Origin: an uncultured Bacilli bacterium
GTDB taxonomy: Bacteria > Bacillota_I > Bacilli_A > RF39 > UBA660
Direction of reading: 5' to 3'
NCBI GenBank assembly: GCA_934129885.1
Contig: CAKOWU010000002.1
Location: 76,070-140,069 of the forward strand
DNA: 64,000 bases
The notes beneath the pieces are model-generated. The model ran no database searches and was not told the DNA's origin. It saw nothing but the letters and a program-made list of their open reading frames with translations. Each line of letters begins with the position of its first letter. The stretch's first letter is position 1. Shown piece after piece: positions 1-7,818 of the stretch. The translations under genes were made by a program, and so were the position numbers.

Positions 1-71
1 TAGACAAAATAATTTTGAAAATAATATGAAAAAATTTTGCTTTAACTATGCCAGAACTAATAAAGATATAT

Positions 72-102
72 GGAAAACAAAAGACCTTGATGATAAGGTC
101 TT
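72..102 (-). terminator. Rho-independent terminator closing the paralog-1 transcript, about 270 nt past its stop codon
   Basis: Perfect 8-bp stem AAGACCTT/AAGGTCTT (81-88 / 95-102) with a 6-nt loop, followed on the minus strand by TTGTTTTCC. Confidence 0.6.
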
Positions 103-140
103 AAGTGAACATTCCTAACCTGAATTATTGGACAAGTCCG

Positions 141-215
141 ATAAAACACGTTGTTAGCGTTGGAGTTAAAATAAGGTGCGATAAGACGCATCACTTTTCA
201 AAAGTATCCATCATG
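141..215 (-). repeat. Degenerate AAC-rich partial copy of the 3' coding region of the adjacent gene (template-repeat-like relic)
   Basis: Minus strand reads ATCGCACCTTATTTTAACTCCAACGCTAACAACGTGTTTTAT. It shows 29/41 identities to each hypervariable block. In 6 of the 12 mismatches versus copy 1 this copy carries A. Confidence 0.35.
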
Positions 216-262
216 GCCCGCTCTTCTGATTAGGCCATGTGTAAAATTTAAATTTAAATCGT

Positions 263-373
263 CAGGCAGCTGCTGACGCAGTCGCCTGATTATTCTGCGA
301 GACTTTCGCTATCGCTCGTCCCGCTCCTGCGTCCCTTTCAGGGACTTATCAATTGCTTCGTTTATATTTTATC
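263..373 (-). repeat. Conserved GC-rich 3' non-coding element, copy 1 (partner 22213..22323)
   Basis: 111 nt immediately after the stop codon, only 3 substitutions versus the partner. Contains hairpins GTCCCT-GAA-AGGGAC and CGTCAG-N7-CTGACG. Far more GC-rich than surrounding DNA. Confidence 0.85.
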
Positions 374-1849
374 TTATCCTACGGTATACGGACTATCTGA
401 AGTCCCGTCTCCCTCAAGAGAGATGTCAGAGGATAGATAAAGAACTGGCGCCGCGCCGAAACTGTTAAGAGCGAAGTTGTAGATCAGGTTGCCGCCACTG
501 CCCACATTGAACACGAGGCTAACGTTGGAGCTAGAGGAAGGCGCGATTGTCCATGAAAAACTTTTTGCCGCAGGTCCTGCGTAAATCCAGTTATGCGTAT
601 CACTATTATTATAACATGATGATGTAACAGAATATGCATTTACATTTGTACATGCGGAATTGGTACTGGCTTTTACATAATCACTTTGATTCATTAATCC
701 TACTTTACCTTTCCATTTATACGTTTGTTCCTGCGATATTGTATTTGATAAATTGGTTTCATCTTTTTTTGTTACTCCTACATTAAACATATGTGATACT
801 ACTATATTTTGAACATTACTACTTAAACTATTATACCAATCATTATTTAAATATGTATTTAAATAAGCTTCTTTCTCCGGTAAATCTTTTAAAGTTCCAT
901 CTACAGTCCGAGGCATTTGGGTTACATTTTTTCCATTGGTATCAAGTGTAGTTGTTTTACTTCCCCATACATTGCAGCCCAAGTATGAAGATGCTTTAGA
1001 AACATAACAGTAATCTGCACTTGTACTAGAATATCTAGTACCATCAGTTGAATTTGAACCTGTTACACCAGTAATGCTTGTTGAATACCCAGGGTCAAAC
1101 ACCTTATTACCTATACTACCATTCTTTATTACCTTGAGTGTGTTATCACTTTCTACCGATATTATTCTATATGTATCTGTACCTAATGTAATATAGTTAT
1201 TTGGGTTTGCTCCTCTATACACATATCTGCCTGCTTCGGTAGTATCTTTATATAAACCATCACCAGATGTTGTCGCTAACGTTTTTAAATCGTCTATACT
1301 TTTACCATTAGAAGTTATTGGTATATCACTCGTACCATCACTTTGTGTAAAGTCTAAAGTAGCGGTTAGTGATGCATCTAGTTTTGTGGGCTGTGATGTG
1401 ATTTTACTATTATATGTTACACTTACATTAAGTATAGCACTCTCTCCTTTACGTAATACTCCGCCTTCTTTTAAACCTTTTGTTTCAAATAATACTGCTG
1501 GGTTATCTTCTTTAGTTAAAGTTATTTTATTAAGTTTGGCGTCTAAACTACCTTTATTTTCTACCTTAATATTATAAGTTATAGAGTCTCCTGGAGACAC
1601 TAAATTGGTACTAAAAGTCGCAGTTAGTTTTTCAAAGGTTGGCTGCTCTTTTACTGATGCACTACCTACTTTATTACTAGTAGTAATATCTGTTATCTCT
1701 ACATCCCATGTAGTAGATATATTAGATGTACCAGATATCTTTAAACTACTTGCGAAAGCCGCATATCCTACGGCCATAACAACTATAACCGCAAGTAAAC
1801 CTCCTATAAGTATATTTTTATTATTCTTATAACTTCTATGTCTATTCAT
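374..1849 (-). CDS. Secreted/surface protein, paralog 1: basic N-terminus plus one TM with a GYAAFASSLKISG motif, and a C-terminal W-x-x-x-P...G-A-A-P-V-L-Y-L lectin-like module with a hypervariable block
   Basis: 491-aa ORF, GGTGAT RBS, highly similar by eye along its length to 22324..23802 apart from a linker region and the hypervariable block. Confidence 0.85.
   Translation of the reverse strand: MNRHRSYKNNKNILIGGLLAVIVVMAVGYAAFASSLKISGTSNISTTWDVEITDITTSNKVGSASVKEQPTFEKLTATFSTNLVSPGDSITYNIKVENKGSLDAKLNKITLTKEDNPAVLFETKGLKEGGVLRKGESAILNVSVTYNSKITSQPTKLDASLTATLDFTQSDGTSDIPITSNGKSIDDLKTLATTSGDGLYKDTTEAGRYVYRGANPNNYITLGTDTYRIISVESDNTLKVIKNGSIGNKVFDPGYSTSITGVTGSNSTDGTRYSSTSADYCYVSKASSYLGCNVWGSKTTTLDTNGKNVTQMPRTVDGTLKDLPEKEAYLNTYLNNDWYNSLSSNVQNIVVSHMFNVGVTKKDETNLSNTISQEQTYKWKGKVGLMNQSDYVKASTNSACTNVNAYSVTSSCYNNSDTHNWIYAGPAAKSFSWTIAPSSSSNVSLVFNVGSGGNLIYNFALNSFGAAPVLYLSSDISLEGDGTSDSPYTVG
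455..531 (-). other. Hypervariable block, copy 1 (DGR variable-region-like)
   Basis: 26 codons, 17 ending in C. 20 differences from copy 2, 18 of them at codon positions 1-2. Followed 3' by the 12-nt G/C-only run 447..458. Confidence 0.6.
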
Positions 1850-1919
1850 ATTTTATCACCTTTACTACTTTAAATATACATAATATTTGGGATGAATATT
1901 GTCGAACATTTTCTTGTAC

Positions 1920-1985
1920 GAAACACCTAAAACGTCCTATTGCTACTATGGCAATGATATCAAAAAATAGAAATAATGTAAATAA
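1920..1985 (-). promoter_or_regulatory. Conserved upstream box, copy 1 of 3
   Basis: AAACACCTAAAACGTCCTATTGCTACTATGGCAATGATATCAAAAAA is shared with 23873..23945 and 16801..16860. TGTCGAA (0A-box-like) lies at 1900..1906. Confidence 0.5.
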
Positions 1986-2002
1986 CAAAGCATATATTTG
2001 TA

Positions 2003-2032
2003 AGAAAAAGAAGACCTATTTGACAGTCTTCT
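2003..2032 (-). terminator. Terminator after aspS
   Basis: Stem AGAAGAC/GTCTTCT (2009-2015 / 2026-2032) followed by TTTTTC on the minus strand. Confidence 0.5.
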
Positions 2033-3773
2033 ATCTTATCTTTATATGAACTTCTCTAAGTTGTTGTTCTGAAACAGTACTAGGAGAACCCATCATATTA
2101 TCAATACCTAAAGTATTAGGTGGGAATGCTTGTACTTCTCTTAAATTTTTCTCATCACGTAATAACATAAGCATTCTATCTATTCCAGGAGCCATACCGG
2201 CATGTGGAGGAACTCCATACTTAAATGCTGTATAAAGTGATTTAAATTTTTCTTTAACAATATCTTCTGTATAGCCTACTTCCTTAAATCCGTGCATTAA
2301 ACTATCTAAATCATGGTTACGTACAGCACCTGAACTCATTTCAAAGCCATTACATACAAAGTCATATTGATAAGCAAGTATATCTTTTATATCGCCATTA
2401 TATGCGTTCATACCACCTTGTGGCATACTAAATGGATTATGTCCAAAATCCCATTTATTTTCTTCTTCGTTCCACTCAAACATAGGCATATCATTAATAA
2501 TACAAAATTCGTATTTATTAGGATCTATTAATTCTAACTTTTTACCTAACTCTGTTCTTATTTGACCGGCGTAATTTGCCGCGACTGATTCTTTTCTGTT
2601 AGCGATAAAGAATATAACATCTCCTTTTGAAAGTTCTGCCTTACTAATTAGTGCTTTTCTCTCATCATCAGATAGAAATTTATCAATAGGGCCTTTAAAG
2701 GTATTATCGCCTAAAACAGATATATATCCAATACCAGGCATACCAATTGAAGATGCGAAATCTACTATTTCATTAAACCAACTATTAGATTTATCTGCGA
2801 TGCCTTCTACTTTTATACCTCTAACAATGGACTTTTGAAAAGGTTTAAATGTAGTATTCGCAAATTCTTCTGTTAAATCTATTATCAAAAGGGGATTTCT
2901 TAAATCTGGTTTATCAGTACCATATTTAAGCATTGCCTCTTTATATGGTATTCTTTTAAATGGTCTTTCTGAAACTTCTTTTGATGAAAAATGTTTGAAA
3001 GTATCGTAAAATATTTCTTCACCTATTTTATAAACATCTTCTTCAGTTGCGAAAGCCATTTCAAAATCTAACTGGTAAAACTCAAGGGTTCTATCAGCAC
3101 GAGAGTCTTCATCTCTAAAGCAAGGTGCGATTTGATAATACTTATCAAAGCCCCCTACCATAAGTAACTCCTTGAATATTTGTGGAGCCTGCGGTAAAGC
3201 ATAAAACTGACCTTTATACTTTCTAGATGGAACTAGAAAATCTCTAGCACCCTCTGGAGATGAAGCTGTTAAAATAGGTGTTTGAACTTCAGTAAAACCT
3301 AAACTATCCATTTTATTTCTTAAATATTTTAATAGTTCACTTCTAAACTTAATATTATCATGTACTCTATTGTTTCTCATATCTAAATAGCGATACTTAA
3401 GTCTTAATTCTTCATTTACTTTAGTGCTTGTTTTTATCTCAAATGGTAATTCATGTAAAGACTTGCCAAGTAGTGTAAACTCTTTAATAAGTATCTCTAC
3501 TGTACCAGATTTAATTTTTGGATTAAAGTTTTCTTCATCACGCATTCTAACAACGCCCTCTAAAGAAATAGTAGATTCTTTAGCAAGCCCATTAAATATA
3601 GAATCATCGTTACTTACTATTTGAACAGTACCAGTTTCGTCTCTTAAATCTACAAATATAACTCCGCCATGATCTCTAATGTTTTCTACCCAGCCTGCGA
3701 CCTTTACAGTTTTACCAAGAACGTCCTCAGTAATTTCACCGGGTCTTATATTTCTATATATATTATCCATCAT
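2031..3773 (-). CDS. aspS: Aspartate--tRNA ligase, probably non-discriminating given linkage to gatCAB and tRNA-Asn
   Basis: 580 aa with class II aaRS motifs (FRDED..R, GGMAPGIDR-like GMAPGIDRMLML) and an OB-fold N-terminus. Confidence 0.95.
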   Translation of the reverse strand: MMDNIYRNIRPGEITEDVLGKTVKVAGWVENIRDHGGVIFVDLRDETGTVQIVSNDDSIFNGLAKESTISLEGVVRMRDEENFNPKIKSGTVEILIKEFTLLGKSLHELPFEIKTSTKVNEELRLKYRYLDMRNNRVHDNIKFRSELLKYLRNKMDSLGFTEVQTPILTASSPEGARDFLVPSRKYKGQFYALPQAPQIFKELLMVGGFDKYYQIAPCFRDEDSRADRTLEFYQLDFEMAFATEEDVYKIGEEIFYDTFKHFSSKEVSERPFKRIPYKEAMLKYGTDKPDLRNPLLIIDLTEEFANTTFKPFQKSIVRGIKVEGIADKSNSWFNEIVDFASSIGMPGIGYISVLGDNTFKGPIDKFLSDDERKALISKAELSKGDVIFFIANRKESVAANYAGQIRTELGKKLELIDPNKYEFCIINDMPMFEWNEEENKWDFGHNPFSMPQGGMNAYNGDIKDILAYQYDFVCNGFEMSSGAVRNHDLDSLMHGFKEVGYTEDIVKEKFKSLYTAFKYGVPPHAGMAPGIDRMLMLLRDEKNLREVQAFPPNTLGIDNMMGSPSTVSEQQLREVHIKIR

Positions 3774-3774
3774 C

Positions 3775-5229
3775 TCACCTCTTCTCTATTTCTTCTAGCA
3801 TAGTCTCACGTGCCATACTAGGATTAGCCTTTCCTTTAGTCTTTTTCATAATTTGACCTACTAAATAATCAGCAACATTATTTTTACCAGATTTATATTT
3901 TTCTACTAACTCTGGATTTTCATCTAATACCTCGTTAGCAACTTTCACAATCGCAGTCTTATCAGTTATCTGCATCATGCCTTTTTCTTTGACTATTGCC
4001 TCTGGTACCTTACCTTCTGCCATACAAATTGCAAAAACTTCTTTGGCTTGTTTTGAAGATATAACCTTATCTTCTACAAGTTTAATAAGTTGACATAAGT
4101 GGGCAGGTGTCATTAAAGCATCAGAAATAGTCTTATTTTCTTTATTAAGAGTACCAAGTATATTAGTTGTGATCCAGTTAGAAGCACTCTTAGGATTAGC
4201 ATCTAAACTAATAGCCTCTTCAAAGAAATCAGACACATCTTTTTCCTTAACTAATATAGTGGCATCATAATCAGTTAAACCATATTCTTCTATATATAAC
4301 TTCTTTCTTTCTGAAGCAAGCATAGGAATTTCTTCCTTAATCTCTTCTATCCATTCTTTAGATAATCTAACCTTTGGAATATTTGGCTCTACAAAATATT
4401 TATAATCAATGGCGTCTGCCTTACTACGCATAAACTTTGTACTCATAGAATCTTCATCCCATCTACGAGTTTGTTGTTCCATAGAATCGTATTCACCAGT
4501 CTCTTTTAGATCGGTTTGTCTTTCTATTTCATAGTTAATAGCGTCTCTAACACCACCGAAAGAATTGACATTCTTAATCTCAATTTTAGTACCCCAGTTA
4601 CTTGGGTCATTCTCATCAAGTGAGGCATCCATGATAGACACATTAACATCACATCTAATTTGTCCTTTTTTACTATCAGCCTCACTTATACCAGCATACT
4701 GATATATACTTCTCATGGTTTCTAGGAATGCGACTGCCTCATCAGCACTTCTAAAACAAGGAGTTGTAACAAGTTCAAGTAATGGAACGCCCGCTCTATT
4801 ATAATCAATCTTTGATACATCACCAGTATGAACTGAAGATGCAGCATCTTCTTCTAAATGCAAATTATCAATGATAGCTTCTTTTTCTTCGCCATTACAT
4901 TCAAATTTTAATTTACCATATATTCCAACTGGTATAGGTTTAGTTTCCTGCGTAATTTGAAAGCCTTTAGGTAAATCTGGATAGTAATAGTTTTTTCTTT
5001 CAAAATACATATATTCTGGTTGTGTGCATTTTAATATTAAACTTGCCATAACTGCTTTTTTTACGGCTTCTTTATTAACTACTGGTAAAGTACCAGGAAA
5101 AGCCATATCAACTGGTCTAATATTAACATTCGCACTTTCATTATAATCATTCGCCGCAGATGAAAATACTTTAGTATTAGTTTCACTTATCTCACAGTGC
5201 ATTTCAAGTCCAATTAATGCCTTATACAT
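3775..5229 (-). CDS. gatB: Asp/Glu-tRNA amidotransferase subunit B
   Basis: 484 aa with the typical GatB N-terminus (IGLEMHCE...) and a C-terminal YqeY-like tail. Confidence 0.95.
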   Translation of the reverse strand: MYKALIGLEMHCEISETNTKVFSSAANDYNESANVNIRPVDMAFPGTLPVVNKEAVKKAVMASLILKCTQPEYMYFERKNYYYPDLPKGFQITQETKPIPVGIYGKLKFECNGEEKEAIIDNLHLEEDAASSVHTGDVSKIDYNRAGVPLLELVTTPCFRSADEAVAFLETMRSIYQYAGISEADSKKGQIRCDVNVSIMDASLDENDPSNWGTKIEIKNVNSFGGVRDAINYEIERQTDLKETGEYDSMEQQTRRWDEDSMSTKFMRSKADAIDYKYFVEPNIPKVRLSKEWIEEIKEEIPMLASERKKLYIEEYGLTDYDATILVKEKDVSDFFEEAISLDANPKSASNWITTNILGTLNKENKTISDALMTPAHLCQLIKLVEDKVISSKQAKEVFAICMAEGKVPEAIVKEKGMMQITDKTAIVKVANEVLDENPELVEKYKSGKNNVADYLVGQIMKKTKGKANPSMARETMLEEIEKR

Positions 5230-6686
5230 TATTTCACCTCCATGGCTGTTTGCCCTTTATAGTCCATACTGCTTTCTAAAGCATAAGCAATATTTAAAAC
5301 ATTTACGTCGTCATAGCATTTTCCTGTTATATTAAGTCCTACTGGAAGATTATTTACAAAACCATCAGGTATAGTAATTGATGGGAAACCGCCAAAGTTT
5401 CCTATTTGTAGATGATCCTCTAAAGCATTTATATTTTTATCTTCACTGCTGAAGGAATAATCTATATCTTTCGCAGGTCCAGTACTTACAGGAAGAATAA
5501 TGCCATCATATTCTTTAAAAAGTTCGTTCCATCTATCCACTAAAAGTCTTCTAACTCTTTGAGCATTATGGAAATATCTGTCCTTGTTCTCTGACTGTAG
5601 AACATAAGAACCAATTACAAATCTTCTTTTAATGAGTGAAGAAAAGCCTTCGGTACGATATTTTTTCATAGACTCATCCCATGTCTTACCTTCTGCTCTA
5701 GGTCCAAAGATAAAACCAGTTAAATTGCTCATATTTGATGTTGCCTCTGCGCATGATATAACAACATAAACTGATGGCTCTGCGTCGAGTAGTTTTCTAT
5801 CTACTGATACGCCTTCAACCTCAATACCTAATTTCTCACATAACTTTAACTTGTCTTTAAAGTTTTCTAAATGCATCTTTAATTCATCATCAGCATTAGG
5901 ATAGTTTTCTATATCACACAACTCTTTAATGTAACATAACTTTTTACCTTTAACGTTTCCATCTATACTATCATATAAATTAATATCAGATGAATCCCAA
6001 GAAGTCATATCATATTTATCGATACCTTTCATACCATCTACTACAATAGCGGCATCCTTTACACTTCTAGTTAAAGCCCCACAGTGATCTAAACTACTAG
6101 CAAAAGGAAATAAGCCATATCTTGATATCATACCATATGTAGGTTTATAACCAACTATACCGCAGTATGCCGCAGGCTTTCTAATAGAATCTCCAGTATC
6201 ACTACCTGTCGCATATGGAATAACTCCAGCCGCAACTGCTGCTGCACTTCCTGAAGAAGAACCAGCACACATTTTAGATGTATCCCATGGATTTAAAATC
6301 TTACCAGTATGTGCCGTAGTACCAGTACCGCCCATGCCAAATTCATCCATCGCTGTCTTAGATACTAGTGTAGCACCATGTTTTGATAAATTTTCTATTG
6401 CTGTAGCACTAAAAAATGGAACGTAATTTTTTAAAGTATTTGAAGAACCTGTTGAAAGAATACCTTTGGTACTATAATTATCTTTTGCGGCATAAGGAAT
6501 ACCAGATAATAAATCATCAGTAACTTTCTTTTCTTCTACGTCATCTAAAATAGTAACAAAAGCATTACATTTTTTTTGTAATTCTTTAGACTTTTCTATA
6601 GCCTCTTTAATAAGTTCTTTACTTGTTACTTTGTTTTCTTTTAAATCATTATGTATTTGTTCAATACTTTTATCCATATATGACAT
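5229..6686 (-). CDS. gatA: Asp/Glu-tRNA amidotransferase subunit A (amidase signature)
   Basis: Amidase signature GGSSSGSAAAVAAG. Likely start is MSYMDKS at 6686, just after the gatC stop. Confidence 0.95.
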   Translation of the reverse strand: MSYMDKSIEQIHNDLKENKVTSKELIKEAIEKSKELQKKCNAFVTILDDVEEKKVTDDLLSGIPYAAKDNYSTKGILSTGSSNTLKNYVPFFSATAIENLSKHGATLVSKTAMDEFGMGGTGTTAHTGKILNPWDTSKMCAGSSSGSAAAVAAGVIPYATGSDTGDSIRKPAAYCGIVGYKPTYGMISRYGLFPFASSLDHCGALTRSVKDAAIVVDGMKGIDKYDMTSWDSSDINLYDSIDGNVKGKKLCYIKELCDIENYPNADDELKMHLENFKDKLKLCEKLGIEVEGVSVDRKLLDAEPSVYVVISCAEATSNMSNLTGFIFGPRAEGKTWDESMKKYRTEGFSSLIKRRFVIGSYVLQSENKDRYFHNAQRVRRLLVDRWNELFKEYDGIILPVSTGPAKDIDYSFSSEDKNINALEDHLQIGNFGGFPSITIPDGFVNNLPVGLNITGKCYDDVNVLNIAYALESSMDYKGQTAMEVK

Positions 6687-6687
6687 A

Positions 6688-6984
6688 TTATCCCACCATC
6701 CTTGGTACAACTACGGCATCTCCATCACTATCACCGCAGTTAGCAAATATTTCTTCTTTTGATATTGACTCTTCTTTTACATCTTCTCTAAATGTACACT
6801 CAAAATCATCTAATGCATGAGTCATTGGAACAATATCACTAATATCATCTATCTCATTTATTCTAGCAATACTAGCGTCTATTTCCTCAAATTCATCAAG
6901 CACTTTTTTATTTTCTTCTTCTGTAAGACCAATTAATAACTTATCTGCATAGTCATCAACCATTTCTTTAGTAAACTTTCCCAT
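6688..6984 (-). CDS. gatC: Asp/Glu-tRNA amidotransferase subunit C
   Basis: 98 aa, sits upstream of gatA, has a GGAGG RBS. Confidence 0.9.
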   Translation of the reverse strand: MGKFTKEMVDDYADKLLIGLTEEENKKVLDEFEEIDASIARINEIDDISDIVPMTHALDDFECTFREDVKEESISKEEIFANCGDSDGDAVVVPRMVG

Positions 6985-7012
6985 TACATATCCTCCTTTT
7001 AAAACAAAATAT

Positions 7013-7047
7013 ATAAAAAATAAGTCTATAGGATAAATCCTAGAGAC
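7013..7047 (-). terminator. Hairpin plus U-run between tRNA-Asn and gatC (terminator or attenuator/processing site)
   Basis: Minus strand GUCUCUAGG-AUUUAU-CCUAUAGAC (8 bp plus 1 mismatch) followed by UUAUUUUUUAU. Confidence 0.4.
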
Positions 7048-7063
7048 CTACTTAATAACTAAA

Positions 7064-7139
7064 TGGCGCCTGATGTAGGACTCGAACCTACGACCTAACG
7101 GTTAACAGCCGTGCGCTCTACCGACTGAGCTAATCAGGC
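7064..7139 (-). tRNA. tRNA-Asn (GUU), encoded CCA
   Basis: Cloverleaf read by hand: acceptor GCCUGAU/AUCAGGC, anticodon loop CUGUUAA, T-arm GGUUCGAGUCC. Confidence 0.9.
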
Positions 7140-7143
7140 AAAG

Positions 7144-7219
7144 TGGCGCCCAATGTAGGACTCGAACCTACGACCTAACGGTTAACAGCCGTGCGCTCTA
7201 CCAACTGAGCTAATTGGGC
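7144..7219 (-). tRNA. tRNA-Asn (GUU), second tandem copy
   Basis: Body identical to 7064..7139, with compensated acceptor-stem changes (GCCCAAU/AUUGGGC). Confidence 0.9.
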
Positions 7220-7221
7220 AA

Positions 7222-7480
7222 AAGTATAAAAAGACAGTTAAGCGTCCCCATATAAGGACGAATAACTGTAACTCGCGGTACCACCTTATTTATCACACGA
7301 AGTGATCTCTCTATAGTTTCAAATGAAACTTATAACGCGGTAACGGGTTACATCCGATTTATCCTACTGTTATTTCAGATAAATTACTCTGTGGTGTTAT
7401 TCACAGTAGTATTATTATTAGTTCTCATCATACTAACTTTCTGTAAATAAGTGACTACTGTTACTTCTCCACTTCCTAGT
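7222..7480 (-). promoter_or_regulatory. T-box riboswitch leader, candidate Asn (AAC) specifier
   Basis: T-box sequence AAUAAGGUGGUACCGCGAG (7271-7290). Terminator ACAGUUA..CGUCC-loop-GGACG..UAACUGU plus CUUUUUAU. Stem I base GUGG/CCAC encloses AGAAGUAA and UGAAUAACA, with AAC-A (7396-7398) directly before the closing helix. Confidence 0.75.
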
Positions 7481-7507
7481 ATCTATAAAATATTTATAAA
7501 CAAATTT

Positions 7508-7584
7508 TGGTAGTCCGTACGGGATTTGAACCCGTGAATGCATGCGTGAAAGGCATGTGTGTTAACCAATTTCACCAACGGACC
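7508..7584 (-). tRNA. tRNA-Glu (UUC)
   Basis: Anticodon loop CUUUCAC, acceptor GGUCCGU/ACGGACU, encoded CCA. Confidence 0.85.
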
Positions 7585-7592
7585 AAATTAAA

Positions 7593-7669
7593 TGGTGGGC
7601 CTGGCAGGACTTGAACCTGCGACCCCTCGCTTATCAAGCGAGTGCTCTAACCAACTGAGCTACAGGCCC
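7593..7669 (-). tRNA. tRNA-Ile (GAU)
   Basis: Anticodon loop CUUGAUAA, acceptor GGGCCUG/CAGGCCC, encoded CCA. Confidence 0.85.
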
Positions 7670-7688
7670 AACTCAATTTGACCCTTTA

Positions 7689-7717
7689 AGTATACATTAT
7701 TTTATAGACTTTGACAA
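7689..7717 (-). promoter_or_regulatory. Sigma-A-type promoter for the tRNA cluster
   Basis: Minus strand TTGTCA, 17 nt, TATACT, about 20 nt upstream of tRNA-Ile. Confidence 0.5.
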
Positions 7718-7818
7718 CCCTTTTTAGAATGTTTTATTATTTTTTTTAAGATTTTATGGTTTTTCTTTCAAAAAAATACCAATTTGGTATAAAATATTTG
7801 TATAAGGAAGTGATACAT

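Noticed and set aside
27-119. 30-aa plus-strand ORF (MKKFCFNYARTNKDIWKTKDLDDKVLSEHS) at the window start
   Set aside because: It has no clear RBS, overlaps the minus-strand terminator hairpin, and is too short to support.
1386-1832. Plus-strand ORFs (63 and 75 aa) inside paralog 1, and the equivalent at 23597..23785
   Set aside because: They are antisense shadows of the surface-protein genes. Their conservation between copies is explained by the sense-strand gene.
7064-7219. Tandem 76-nt repeat as a mobile or satellite repeat
   Set aside because: It is simply two tandem tRNA-Asn genes with compensated acceptor-stem differences.
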